Assembly (NCBI RefSeq): GCF_006345805.1
Contig: NC_043018.1
Coordinates: 682,001-746,000, forward strand
DNA length: 64,000 nucleotides
Reading direction: 5' to 3'
Source of the DNA: Octopus sinensis
Taxonomy: Eukaryota
Numbering within the stretch: the stretch's first letter is position 1; each line of letters opens with the position of its first letter. Below, one piece after another: positions 1-13,373 of the stretch. The position numbers were made by a program, and so were the translations under genes. Below the pieces are notes generated by a model, which ran no database searches, was not told where the DNA came from, and was given only the letters and a program-made list of their open reading frames with translations.

Positions 1-1484
1 CACTTGTCAGAACGAAATATCATATCTTGATGTCAAATTACAAAATATTCTAAGAAAATCGAGAATTTATAACTAAATACATTAAAATTTTGCCGGAAGA
101 ATTTAAGGAATTAGTATTAGATTGACACCGTGTTATTTAAAAAGGAAATTTGAAGAAAACTTTGATGTGTGAAGCAGCAATTTCCCCTATAACTGTGGTG
201 TAACTGGTTTACCTGCTGGCCAGTGAAAAACGAGGGAAACTCGCAGTAATATGTTGGACATAATTCTTTCAAATCAGAAAATAGACATGAACACACGCTT
301 GTATTATACAAACAATAACATCCCCACACAAACTCAAACCTATTGAAATCATGGATTTCTAGAACACTTTACTCCAACTCCGAGTATGAAGAGCACACCT
401 AAATCTCACTCGCAAATCTTCATATTTGTTTTTGTCCGTGTTTTGCACGTGCGTATTTATAAATTTAGTAATTTATCCACCATTGCTGAGAAATATACCA
501 TATATATTGTTAGTAATTGTTTTAAATAGGGAAGGCTAGTGTAGTATTTGAAAGTGAGAGGAAGAAATCTTCAAACAGAGGACTATGGCCGAATGCTTGC
601 ACCAAACTGGACACCGCTAAACGAATTCAACGTACCACTTTGTACAATTAAACAGAAATACGGATTAAAACTACCAGCCATGTGGGCCGCTATGTTATTT
701 GAACTCACAAGGCATGGAGGCAGAATAAATACCTTGGTGCAATCAGTTTCGCCTGTCCACGGCTATGGATTTGTGTTTTCTTCGCTAATCCCGAAAGAAG
801 TAAAGCAAACGTGGCCTCAGCAGGATTGGAACTGAAAGCGCAGATTTTCGTAGAAATATTCTCGTGCAATCTATGTAACGTACTGACGACTTTGCTATTT
901 GCCCCACAGTGATTGCTGCACTCATATACATTCTCCTATGCATCATCCTACCGAATCTTCTTAGACCACTTTATGTATTATACAAATTCTGCTGATATAA
1001 ATAGCATTAAGATCTCTATTTATTTTTAGCTAGGCACTATGCCAACTGATATAGATTACAAGTGAAATCATGTGATTCAACGCTGAATTTTTATGACCTT
1101 GCGATATTATATATTTTATTATTTTATTGATTCCAGAATTATTAGGCAATTTCCGTTCTGGGCTTCCAATTCAAGCTCAAAGATTTAGGTTAACCATAAC
1201 GACCTTACAATCTTGATACCTGGTCCTTATTTTATGGACCCCCTAAGGAAGATGAAAGACAAATTAGACCCACGTTTAAAGAGAAACAACTAAACAGCAA
1301 GCGTGTGACAAAAATCTTTGCTGAAGTAAGTGTTGCAATAATTCACATAATCGTACGTACACAAGTGAGTGAAAACCAAATTGTTTCCCACAGAGTACTC
1401 AATACTTTTAAAACATTGAGCACATACATTCATTTCGCAAGTAGAAAATTCGTTCTCTTATTCAATTATTTTACATTCAATTTT

Positions 1485-1735
1485 TTGCGCAAGGCCAGAA
1501 TTTTAGGGGAGGGGGAAAGTTAATTACATCGACATCAGTGTTTATCTAGTACTTATATTATCGATCCTGAAATGAGGAAAGGCATAATAAACCTTTCCGG
1601 CAATTGAATTCAGAACGTAAAACCGTAAAGCAGGACGAAATACAGCTAAATATTTTGTCTGACGTACAGCTATATGAATATAATTTCAGTATATCAGCTT
1701 CATAAAATATTCTTATTCTTCATCTATCTATCTAT
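1485..1735 (-). mobile_element. Degraded tRNA-derived SINE (family C) with extra flank; copy 1 of a local pair
   Basis: Reverse complement matches the family seen at 5058 and 63476 (…aaaatgcttagcgg…gaattcaa…cctttc…cgataa…aagtact…cgatgtaatt); second copy at 2553-2790. Confidence 0.6.
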
Positions 1736-1740
1736 CATAC

Positions 1741-2170
1741 GCGTATGAGTGGCTGTGTGGTAAGTAACTTGCTTACCAACCACATGGTTCCGGGTTCAGT
1801 CCCATTGCGTGGCAACTTGGGCACGTGTCTTCTACTATAGCTTCGGGCCAACCAAAACTTTGTGAGTGGATTTGGTAGACGGAAACTGAAAGAAGCCCGT
1901 CGTATATATGTATATGTATATATATATGTTTGTGTGTGCGTGTGCGTGTGTGTGCGTGTGTGTGTGTGTTTGTGTGTCTGTGTTTGTCCGCCCAACTTCG
2001 CTTCACAACCGATGCCGGTGTGTTTACGTCCCCGTAACTTAGTGGTTCGGCAAAAGAGCCCGATAGAATAAGTACTAGGCTTACAAAGAATAAGTCCTGG
2101 GGTCAATTTTCTCGACTAAAGGCGGTGCTCCAACATGGCCACAGTGAAATGACTGAAACAAGTAAAAGAG
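1741..2170 (+). mobile_element. Bipartite tRNA-derived SINE (family A), full length, inserted in (TATC)n
   Basis: A-box-like tggctgtgtgg, B-box-like ggttcagtccc, internal (TA)n(TG)n, 3' gactgaaacaagtaaaagag tail; many near-identical copies in the window. Confidence 0.85.
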
Positions 2171-2552
2171 TATCTATCTATCTATCTATCACTCGTTGCA
2201 TAATGAATATAGAAGACTGATTTTATCTGCAAAAAATCTAAATTTACACACGAAAGTCCTATGCGAAAGAAAAATGGTAACAATGGTTCAGGAGTATTGA
2301 CGATATAAAATATAAGCTTAATTGGCCTAAAGTTATATTTAATTGGTCAGTATGTCAATCATTCAGGTCAGACGACCTATCCGAAATAATAACTGAATCA
2401 CCAAACGCGTCTTGCGTCTACAAAGGAGAGAAGATATACGAACAAGGAATATAGCTTCACCGCTTTGAATTATGTATTTGACTAGAGACAAATAGCTAAT
2501 CAATTCAAAACTGTAATATGAATGTGAACAAGTCAAAGCGAAAACGGGGACT

Positions 2553-2783
2553 TTTTGGCACAAGGCCAGTAATTTTAGGGGAAGGGAATAGTCAATTACG
2601 TCGACCTCAGTGTTTATCTAGTACTTATATTATCGATCCCGAAAGGAGGAAAGGCATAGCGAACCTTTGCAGTACTTGAATTCAGAACGTAAAGCCGAAC
2701 GAAATACCGCTAAGCATTTTGTGCGGCGTACAGTAATATGAATACAATTTCAGTATATCAGCTTCCTAAAATAAACTTATTCT

Positions 2784-2790
<7 letters not shown>
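2553..2790 (-). mobile_element. Degraded SINE family C with extra flank; copy 2
   Basis: Colinear similarity with 1485-1735, including non-SINE flank up to the (TATC)n. Confidence 0.6.
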
Positions 2791-2850
<60 letters not shown>

Positions 2851-2851
<1 letters not shown>

Positions 2852-3046
2852 AGGGAGAGTTTACGAAAAAAAACAACAAAAGACGAAGACAGGTGGTGTA
2901 TAAACAAACAGATCTATTAGTATAACGCTTAGGAATAGAAAAAAGTATTTTACGTTTTGAGCCTACGCTCTTCTACAGAAAGGGACACAGAAAACAAGGA
3001 GAGAAACAAGGAGAGAAGAAAGGAGAGAAAAAAAGGAAAGAAAGGA
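2851..3046 (-). mobile_element. Short microsatellite-flanked element with degenerate hammerhead-like motif (Penelope pLTR-like)
   Basis: Minus strand CTGTAGA-A-GAGC-GTAG-GCTC-AAAA-CGTA; related copy at 49199-49570. Confidence 0.45.
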
Positions 3047-3639
3047 TTCAGTCCCACTGCCTGTCACCTTAGGCAAGTGTAGGGAAATTAGTACTTAAAA
3101 CTAAAAATTGGAAGGAAGAGATAGGCATTACCTCAGTTCACGCAACATAGGATATGATGTATTAGATTTCAAAAGACGTATCAGCGGACATTCTAAAAGA
3201 CTCAACCATTATTTCTGCAAATTGTACGCTAAAATCTTGGAAGAAAAGAGACATAACCCATTATGGTTGGTTCACGGTTACAAAATTCCAAGGCTTTAAT
3301 ATGGATGAAAACAGTATATAACATACGCAGGGGATCTACTCTGACCTCTGACCAAGAAAGATGAAAGCAACAATACGAAATATAAAAATAATTATGTGAT
3401 ATGCGATGGTAAACTCGCTCAAAATATAAAGCAATGGAGGTTTTGCATAAATTTCTGTAATAAGTTTACATATTTTTCGCAATTCTGTTTGCGGTTTCCT
3501 ATCATCATCACCATCATCATCATCGTTATTTTTATTTCTTCAAAATTCTATCAGATTTCTTGCTTTCATTTTCGTCTATCTTTTGCGTTAACCGTCTGTT
3601 TCTTCTTTTTTTCTGGCATTTTTACATCTCTACCGCTCG

Positions 3640-3698
3640 CATGTGTGTGAGTGTGTGTGTGTGTATAACTATGTATACAAACATACATACATATATAA

Positions 3699-3730
<32 letters not shown>

Positions 3731-4110
3731 TTGTGCGTGTGTGTATGGCAGTGTATTTGTATGTGTGTGTGTGTGTGCGCGTGTGTGTATGGCTGTGTGT
3801 TTGTATGTGTGTGTGTGTGTGCGCGTGTGTGTGTGCGTGTGTGTATGGCAGTGTATTTGTATGTGTGTGTGTGTGTGTGTGCGTGTGTGTATGGCAGTGT
3901 GTTTGTATGTGTGTGTGTGCGTGTGTGTATGGCAGTGTATTTGTATGTGTGTGTGTGTGTGTACGTGTGTGTATGGCAGTGTATTTGTATGTGTGTGTGT
4001 GTGCGTGCGCGTGTGTGTATGGCAGTGTGTTTGTATGTGTGTGTGTGTGCGTGTGTGTATATCAGTGTGTGTGTGTACGTGTGTGTATGTGTGTGTTTAT
4101 GCGCGCGTGT
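3640..4110. repeat. Compound (GT)n minisatellite, ~35-45-bp unit containing tatggcagtgtatttgtat
   Basis: Direct reading of the tandem units. Confidence 0.9.
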
Positions 4111-4669
4111 ATTTGTGGTTTAATGCGTTTGTTTCTTCGAATATTTTGTTGTGTTGTATTTCTGAATAACTTAAATGTATTTTATATCAATATTGCCAGG
4201 AGGTATTAAAAGAGAGTATTTAAATAATATTGGGAATTAAAATAATATTTTTATAAGGCCCACGGGGGGTAAAATTGTTTCACTAATCCTCTTAAGGAAT
4301 TAAAAACGAAAGTTGCATGAAATAAATTAATGATTGAAATTTTAAATAAAAATAACAAAAAAGATAGCTTTTTGTTTCGTTTAAATTTTTTTTTTCATTA
4401 TCTTTACATTGTAAGAAAATATTCAAAATATTGTAGTATTTATAATTTCTGTCACAAAATCTTAAAATGTAGTCAATTTTACCATTTACACAAACACTCA
4501 CAAAAGTTTAATCTATGTATCTTATCTATCCAACTACCTATTTATCAATCTAAATATTTATCTAAATAGATATCCACATATGCTTGTATTCATACATAAT
4601 CTCTCTTATTTATTCAACGTCTCTCTACTTATCTACTTATCACACTATATATATATCTATTTTGTCACT

Positions 4670-4703
4670 ACCACAGTTGCTGCTGCTGCTGCTCCTGGTG
4701 CAG

Positions 4704-4753
<50 letters not shown>

Positions 4754-4934
4754 GCTACTACTGCTACTACTACTACTACTGAGACGGCGATCTCACGGAC
4801 TCGTTAGACTGCCGCACAAACTGCTTAGCGACATTTGATCAACATTTACGTTGAGTTCAAATTTAGCCGAGGCAGGTGTAATCCATTAGCCTCCGGCCTC
4901 AAAACAGCTGGCACCGTGCCAAAATTTGAAACAC

Positions 4935-4966
<32 letters not shown>

Positions 4967-5055
4967 CTTCTTCTTCTTCTTCTTCTTCTTCTTCTTCTCT
5001 TCTTCTTCTTCTTCTTCTCCTCCTCCTCCTCCTCCTCCTCATTATCATTATCATT
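4670..5055. repeat. Trinucleotide microsatellites (CTG/CTA, CTT, CCT) flanking a decayed family C SINE at ~4786-4935
   Basis: Direct reading; gagttcaaattt-gccgagg motif. Confidence 0.8.
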
Positions 5056-5057
5056 AT

Positions 5058-5277
5058 GGCGGCGAACTGGCAGAATCGTTAGCACACTGGGCGAAGTGCT
5101 TAGCAGTCTTTCGTCTATCTGCACGGTCTGAGTTATTATTTTCAAATTCTACCGAGATCAACTTTGCCTTTCGTCAAATCGGAGTCAATAAAATAAGTCC
5201 TAGTTGCGTTCTGGGGTCGATCTAATCGACTGGTCCCTTCCCCCAAAATTTCAGGTCTTGTGCCTATAGTAGAAAAG

Positions 5278-5280
<3 letters not shown>
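5058..5280 (+). mobile_element. tRNA-derived SINE family C with (TTA)n tail
   Basis: ggcggcgaactggcagaatcgttagc head, ttcaaattc B-box-like motif, (ATT)n tail to ~5332. Confidence 0.8.
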
Positions 5281-5331
<51 letters not shown>

Positions 5332-6091
5332 TCTGTTTATCTTTGGTTTAAGCATAGACAAATTGTTCCATTTTAGTGAAAGAAAATATGAATAGTAAGC
5401 TTCTTATTTGAAGTTCAATTATTCATAGAAGATATTATCATATTTCTTGGGAGTACAAACTGAATGCTGAAACACTCAGAGAATTTCTTTACCCTGTATT
5501 TATTTATTGTCAATATTGTTAGCAAATCCTTGGAACCAATTATTTCTGTTCCTCTATTCAGCAAAACGAAAGCTAAATGCACGCTACAACTCACATGTTG
5601 CACAAAACACCTGTCTTTTCCAATGAGTTTAAGTCATGTTTTGGCTATTACGGTAAGTTTTTTTATCAAAGCTTAATTTATTACGTAACCTTTATATCAA
5701 TTAGTTAGAAATGAAAGCAATATATTAAAAAATCGTATAATGATTTGCGTCTTACGTAAGAACTAAAAGTTGTTGCTGTTATCTAGGAGGAAAAGTTTGA
5801 GTTACTGTCTTCCATATAATTTCTGTGTAAATCGAATATAATGTTTCCAGCTTGGTGTTTACTCCTCATAAAATTTTCCTAACACTATCTTGTCATATTA
5901 GATTTATGCTTCTCATGATTTTCGATTTGAGGCGCATCATAAACGTCATACACGGAGCTGTGTTGGATTACATCAATGAGTAAAAAGAGGAAACTTACGA
6001 TTTATAAAGATGCAGGTGTGGTTTTGTGCTAAGAAGCTTTGCTCCGCAGCCATTTGATCTTGAGTTTGGTCCTACTGAGCAGCAACTTAGC

Positions 6092-6471
6092 GAAGGCGCA
6101 ATGGCCCAGTGGTTAGGGCAGCGGACTCGCGGTCGGAGGATCGCGGTTTCGATTCCCAGACCGGGCGTTGTGTGTGTTTATTGAGTGAAAACACCTAAAA
6201 GCTGCACGAGGCTCCGGCAGGGTTGATGGTGACCAATGCTGTACTCTTTCGCCCTAACTTTCTCGCACTCTTCCTTCCTGTTTCTTGTCCCCGACTTCCT
6301 ACACAACCGCTGAGACTGGATGCGCATTCATCCATCCGTCGATGCTCTCGGTCTCGGGGATTGACCTGCTTTCTCTTCTGCAGGTCTTACGAATAGCAAA
6401 GGACCACGTTTCGGATTTCTCCCATCTTGCGAGCTCTGGGAGAAGACCGTTTGCTCAACAGCAACCGCAAC
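6092..6471 (+). mobile_element. tRNA-derived SINE family B (tail type X) with 13-bp TSD, nested in a family A head
   Basis: ggcgcaatggcccagtggttaggg A box, gtttcgattccc B box; TSD AGCAGCAACTTAG at 6078-6090 and 6472-6484. Confidence 0.85.
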
Positions 6472-6574
6472 AGCAGCAACTTAGGTAAATGCCTTCCACT
6501 ATAGAATTGGGCCGACTAAATTCTTAATTTAGTAGACGAAAACTGAAGGAAAAAAGTCGTGGACATATTCTTTT

Positions 6575-7280
6575 ATTATTTTATTCTTTTACTTGATTCA
6601 GCCATTTGACTGCGGCCATGCTGGAGCACCGTCCTTAGTCGAAGAAATCGATCCGAGAATTTATCTTTTGTGAGCCTAGTACTTATTCTGTCCGCCTCTT
6701 TTCATGAACAAATAAGTTACGAGGATGTAAACACACCAAAATCGGTTGTCAAGTGATGGTGGGGACAAAGATGCACATACACACGCATGCATATATATAT
6801 ATATATATATGGTATAATATATATGTATATATATAATATATATGGTATATATATATGGTATATATATATATGGTATATATATATATTATATATATATATG
6901 GTATATATATATATGGTATTATATATATGGTATATATATAATGTATATATATATATGGTATATATATATATGGTATATATATATATGGTATATATATATA
7001 TGTATATATATATATGGTATATATATATATGGTATATATATATATGGTATATATATATATGTATATATATATATGGTATATATATATATGGTATTATATA
7101 TATGGTATATATATATATGTATATATATATATGTATATATATATATGGTATATATATATATGGTATATATATATATGTATATATATATATGGATATATAT
7201 ATATGGTATATATATATATGGTATATATATATATGTATATATATATATGGTATATATATATATGGTATATATATATATGG

Positions 7281-7312
<32 letters not shown>

Positions 7313-7490
7313 TATATTATACATATACCATGGGCTTCTCTCAGCTTCCATCTACCAAATCCACTCACAAGTTCGTAGTCAGCCCGAGTCTATAGTAGAA
7401 GACACTTACTCAAGCTGACATGCAATGAGAATGAACCCGGATCCATGTGCTTGAGAAGCAAGCTTCTTATCACACAGCCACGCCTGCTTC
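6575..7490 (-). mobile_element. SINE family A with internal repeat expanded into a ~540-bp (TATATATATATGG)n-like minisatellite
   Basis: 3' half at 6575-6790, 5' half at 7330-7490, separated by the minisatellite. Confidence 0.8.
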
Positions 7491-7563
7491 TGTATATATA
7501 TTTTTATACACAGAAAGAAAAAGAGAGAGAGAGGGAAGGGAGAGAGAGATAAATATATAGATA

Positions 7564-7750
7564 TATTAACCCTTCGTGGGCCGGTGGGGTCTCTTGGGAC
7601 CTCAGCATATGTAAAAAGGTATTCGAGAGTTTGTTTGAGTCTGATTGAAATGCATTTGGCCAACTAAATCTGAACGGATCTAAACAAGATAGATGATCAC
7701 CATTCTCAGACAAAAATACAATAGCGGTACGCTGCGCCACTTTGACGTCA
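7564..7750 (+). mobile_element. Possible piggyBac-like terminus
   Basis: TTAA-CCCTT terminal motif only; no partner end found. Confidence 0.3.
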
Positions 7751-9318
7751 ACATACTAAATACATTTCAGGAATCTCTTGTCTCTTGTACTATGCAGTGG
7801 GACTGAAGAAGTTACCATATGGTTCAGAAGAAAAGCTTGATTATGTATAAAATATTTAACCATGGATTTTTATGATTATATTAATCATTATATTTTCTTT
7901 AGGGGTGTTGCTTAAATAATTTTCAAATGTGATTTATTTTTTTTAGAAAATCTTCATCTAAGTTTATCGTATTAAATCCACTGGAATTAGGAGATGGCAG
8001 AGGGAGATACGTTTATAATTTATTTCTTCTCTCTACATAATATAGTCAGTTGTACAATGCAATAGAAAGTAATATTATATCATTAGCTTTTCCAACCAAT
8101 ACATGAGAATCTACTTGGATGGTAGATATGTTAGAACTATCAGAATAAATTCCTGTAAAATGCAATCTATTTCCCATGAAAATAAGGAAATAATGGCCAC
8201 TCTAGTAGAACATATACATAATACGAAATGGCCATGATCGAGCGCCTTTGTTTGTAGGGATTATGGGACGGGGCTGACACAGGCGCAGACACACATGTAT
8301 ATATATATAAGCGATAGCAACATTAATTCCAATTAATGCCATCAATAAAATAATTCTCTGTGTTAGTGTATGTGTGAAGTTTACGATGGAACATGATATA
8401 TATTCTCTGGATAATACCTACGAAGAGATCTAGTTTCGATTTCATGTATAATTCAATTACACTACTTGTGTCACTGAATAATACTTAAAATATGAATGTC
8501 TCGGCGTTTTATCCCAACATTCTTTGCCCATTGACATTAGTGGTCTTGTATGAGTTACATAATATTGCATTTATATATGTGAATTATCCAATATTCAATT
8601 TAGCTTCAACGAAAACCGAACTCTAACTTGTATATTATAAGAGGTTTTGTCATTCCTTTATTCAGCCCGTTTTACCTCTACTAAAATTTCGCTGTTTCTC
8701 TCTTTTTCCTCCAAGTACCTGTTTCTCTCTTGCCTTTTATGTTTGATTATAATCTCGTGATTTGTTTCCCCCGTAAGACATTCTATTATTATTTAAACAC
8801 AACACATTGGGGAGGAGGCACGATACACAAAAAATAAAAGAAACACGGAGAAGAAGAAAATATAATACTTAAATGTATTAGAATTAAAATCGACGGTGCT
8901 CCGTTGGCAGAACAAGGTGTTGTAAGATAAAAAGAGAATTTAAAAAAAAAAAATGCTAACAAAAGACACAAATAACAGCAACAATTTCTTTATTAAAACA
9001 ACATATAAAAATGCTGCAAATTTACGTGATGAATATTCATGATGTAAATAAATATTCATTAAATTGTTTTGATTAAAAGGACATTTTTTCTTTCTTTCTA
9101 CACCTGATTTCACAGTAGGTTTGTCTCCTTGTAATTAAGATCATTTCAATTCTGGACGTTGGACTATACGTTCAAATAAAATTAAGTATTCAAATACTTG
9201 TCGACTAAATCGAAACTAAAGAATCTATTATTCCTAAACATGTTAGCTATATTTACCGCTTGTATTTTTCACTACCTTTGTATATGCTTGTGTATATATT
9301 AGTGCACACAGATGATTA

Positions 9319-9387
<69 letters not shown>

Positions 9388-9510
9388 CATACAAATATAT
9401 ATATGCATATATATTTTCATTTGTTCATATATATATATGCTTGTGTATATATTAGTGCACACAGATGATTAATATATATATATATGCATATATATATGTA
9501 TATATATATG

Positions 9511-9586
<76 letters not shown>

Positions 9587-11529
9587 CATACATACAAATA
9601 TATATATGCATATATATTTTCATTTGTTCATATATATATATATATGTTGGTTGTATATCCATTTTAATTTAGTTGTAGCGTTATTCCTATTTTGGTGACG
9701 GGAGATTTTGTCGTGCATAATAATAATTATTCTTTAAACATTTATAATTTATATATTTTCCAACGCTTTTTTTCCTTGATATTATTTCTTTATTTACATC
9801 CTTATGTGCTTAAGGAAATCCTAAACAAGACATAACCAAATATCATTAATGAGTTAAAAGTAAACAAAATTCTGAATAATTTAAATTAAGTACATTAATA
9901 AAAAAAAAAAAACATACTTTCTCAAAAGATTTTCACATGATTTCACAGATGTTTAGAATCATGTGAGTTTGTCCAAGCAATAGTTTTTTCCTTTTTGTTT
10001 TGTTTTGTGTTTTTGTTTTGGAGGTTCAGAAAAGCAGTTGGAAATGAATACTTTTTTAGTAAACCAAGCATAGGTATAATAGATTGTCTCATATGTAAGT
10101 TAGCTTGGTATGTATGTAACCAAACATACAGTTTCGTGATTTGTGAAGGTTATATTTACAAGTGTTAATAGCGCTGCTAACACAGTAGAAAACAGCATTG
10201 ATTTATAAAAGCTTTTAATATCATTTGTAGTATATAATGGTTTCATAACGAAATGCAGTGTCCCTACAATTCATTAACAGCTTGGGGAATCCGATAAACA
10301 TTTCATTTACAACTGCCTTTTACATTTCTTTACGAACATTTACAACAGAATTCGAGGGAACTAAAGATCCCTCTAGAGCAAATAGTTGAGAATCTTAAGA
10401 AAACATAGCGCAAGTGTACCAAAGTATTTAAGATTTTTCGTCATTAATTATTTGGTGAAATAGGGGATTATGAATGACTGGTGATCTTGGCATTCGCAAA
10501 CTATCGAAGATTGCTCACTTCAAGTCGATATGGTTGAAATTACATTTGCATAGTTGAACTTCCATATCATTTTTTAAAACCTGTACAGAAATATTGAACT
10601 GTTTCATATTAGAGTTTTGTTAAAAAATATAAAAATAAAAACGAAGACCAATATTTTTCAAAGACAGGTGTATTGGTTGAACATCAGAGGATAGAGTAAA
10701 TTTATAAAGAGAACACGTTTTAATAGAACGAGAAGAGGAAAATAGTGCGTGAGTTATCAAGATATTGTATTGTGCTGGTGAATTTTTATAAAGCAGCAAG
10801 ATAAGGTGTGTACTTTGAAAATATTACAGTATCTGTTGTCGTTTCGCTCCAGGTGACAGCTAAGCGAAGGGATCCATGATCAATAGAATGAAGCTTAAGA
10901 AATAAACTTGTCTCCTTTATACGTATTGCAAAATGAATTACCTTATCTTCCTTATGCAGACCAGAACTGCATCACACATCAGTCCTTCAAAAGCCAAGTT
11001 TACTCTGGAGTAGAAAATCAAAATATTTATTAATTATTTTTACTATTATTTTTATAAGAGATGGCTTTTTTTTGGCAATTAGTCCGCGAAGTGTGGCCCA
11101 GCTATTAAAATCGTTTGAATTTAAGAACATTCAGCCGATTCTGCGCAAAAGAGAGGGTGAGAGAAAAAAAAACAATGAGAGCAATAGCGAGGGAGAGAAG
11201 GAGAGAGAAAGTCGTTTTGTGTAACTTGCGACTACTTCATTTTGTGAATTTTATTGACACCAGAAAGATATGAAGCTAAGTTGGCCACAGTGAGATTTGA
11301 CGTTATGCGACGAAAAGTGCAAACAATTACGGCACAGCATTTATACGACATTCCAACGAATGTACCAAGTATCTACTATCCTTTCAACATTTTGAGGGTA
11401 TACCGGGTGGTTTAGTATGCACCCATAGGATATATATATATATATAAGGGTCTTCTATCAAGGAGCAACCTACGATCATGAAGCTTCTTGGGTTCATTAT
11501 AATATATATATATATATATGTATATATAT

Positions 11530-11695
11530 ACTTGTTTGGATGTGTAGTAAGCAGCTTGCTTTCCAACAACATGGTTCCAGGTTCAGTCCCACTACATGGT
11601 ACATGGGGCCAGTTTTCTACTATAGCCTCGGACGGATCAAGTTCTTGTGAGTGTATATAGTAGCTGGAAACTAAAAGAAGAATGCCGTATATATA
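11530..11695 (+). mobile_element. SINE family A 5' half (degraded)
   Basis: tgtgtagtaagcagcttgc…ggttcagtccc…tatagcctcgg. Confidence 0.7.
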
Positions 11696-11706
11696 TATAT
11701 ATATAT

Positions 11707-12420
11707 AAATCTTAGAGTAGCAAAGAAATTTAGAAAAATACTTTGCTACCAGTGGTCTATCGTCGAGAAGAAAAAATTAGTCAATGGACTCTATATTATT
11801 CATATAAAAATACAGTGTACATTTAAACACATAAGAGATGGCCTTAACAGGGCATTTGACTCGCTAGAAAGAGTAGTTAAACTAAAAACCACTAATAGTT
11901 GTAATTTTGAAAGGGAATGGAAAGTAAAAATATTTACCTTATTTTTCCTGGACTATGCATAGTTCCAAGCAATCTTTTGTAAATAAAAGAATTTACAATT
12001 GGCGAAGCTCTCGTCAGCAGCAAGCTAAGATTAACATATAAAGACGAGGCGATAAAGAACATGCTTCGTGTTTATATGTTATAATTTTTCAAAATCCATC
12101 GCGCACGCACGGTCTTTTCGGTAGCGAATACAACAAGTGCCAATTTTCTTCCAAAACTAGCCAAAAAACCTTTTATCATTAATTAATAAATCTTAGGGTA
12201 GCAAAAAAATTTAGAAAAATTCTTTTCTACCAGTGGTCTAGCGAGAAGAAAAAATTAGTCAATGGACTCTATATTATTCATATAAAAATACAAAGTACAT
12301 TTAAACTCATAAGAGATGGCCTTAACAGGACATATGATTCACTAGAAAGAGTAGTTAAACTACAAACCACTAATAGTTGTAATTTTGAAAGGAAATGAAA
12401 AATAAAATAGGGTAACTTAT
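11707..12420 (-). mobile_element. 481-bp-period tandem (1.5-mer) non-coding element, retrozyme/Penelope pLTR-like
   Basis: aaatcttag unit starts at 11707 and 12188; (TA)n on the left; decayed HHR on the minus strand; homology to the 495-bp unit around the terminal hairpin. Confidence 0.7.
11946..12023 (-). ncRNA. Degenerate type I hammerhead ribozyme
   Basis: CUGACGA (12017-12011), stem II GAGC/GCUU, GGAA instead of GAAA, palindromic stem III ACUAUGCAUAGU, GUC triplet, only 3-bp stem I. Confidence 0.55.
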
Positions 12421-12787
12421 TTTTGTATTAAAACTGGTCCTTATTTTACCGGTCTCTAATTTTGAACTGCTAAGTTACAGGGACGTAAACACCTCAATAC
12501 TGGTTGTCAAGCGACGAGGAGAAGAAATATAGGGAGAATGATTCACCCCCACACACATATATACGTATATATATATATATTTCTCATATAAATTAGTGTA
12601 GATTTTTATACACAAAAGAGGTGGCCTTAAAAGAACACCTCTATTGGGCATAGAAACATACATTAATTTATATGAAAAATATGTTGCCTATTGACTTATT
12701 ACGCATGCTGGTAGAATATTCTCTAAATTTTCTACCCCAATTATTTTCATATACATACATGCATATATATATTCTTTTTCTCTTTTT

Positions 12788-13082
12788 CGACCTTTTCAAG
12801 CCTAGCCAGACTCATGGGTCCGGTTTTCCGTTTTTGTGGCGTATGTGTTCCCCGCATCTGGACGGGACGCCAGTCCATCGCAGCTTTACTCAAGAAAGAG
12901 GAAGAAAGAGTGAGAGAAAGTTGGGGTGAAAGAGTACAACGGAGGTCGAATCCATGCCTGAGCATCGTGGAGCTTTAGGTATTTTCGCTCAATAAACACA
13001 CACACAACGCCCGGTCTGGCAATCGAAACGCGAACCTCCGACCGCGAGTCCACTGCCCTAACCACCGAGCCACTGCGCCTCC
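12788..13082 (-). mobile_element. SINE with family B head and V-domain-like body
   Basis: Head as at 6092; ctgcgatggactggcgtcccgtccag resembles the V-SINE central domain. Confidence 0.7.
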
Positions 13083-13085
13083 TCT

Positions 13086-13139
<54 letters not shown>

Positions 13140-13248
13140 TTTTTTCTTTTCCGACCAGACCATCAGATGTAGTTACACATAGCTGGTCACAATGCGTTCG
13201 CATTGTTTTAGCCTTCGAACGATGCCACCCCGCTGGCTAAGCGAGCAG

Positions 13249-13356
<108 letters not shown>

Positions 13357-13373
13357 ATATATTTATATATTAT

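Noticed and set aside
548-835. 95-aa ORF and neighbouring unique sequence
   Set aside because: TTG start, no recognisable domain or splice support; the CTGACGA at ~883 lacks downstream GAAA and stems
6280-6460. HDV-like ribozyme in SINE B tail X
   Set aside because: Could not build the nested double pseudoknot by eye
9280-9660. Short duplicated blocks within TA tracts (also 37668/37841, 16130/16150)
   Set aside because: Ordinary slippage or assembly stutter within microsatellites
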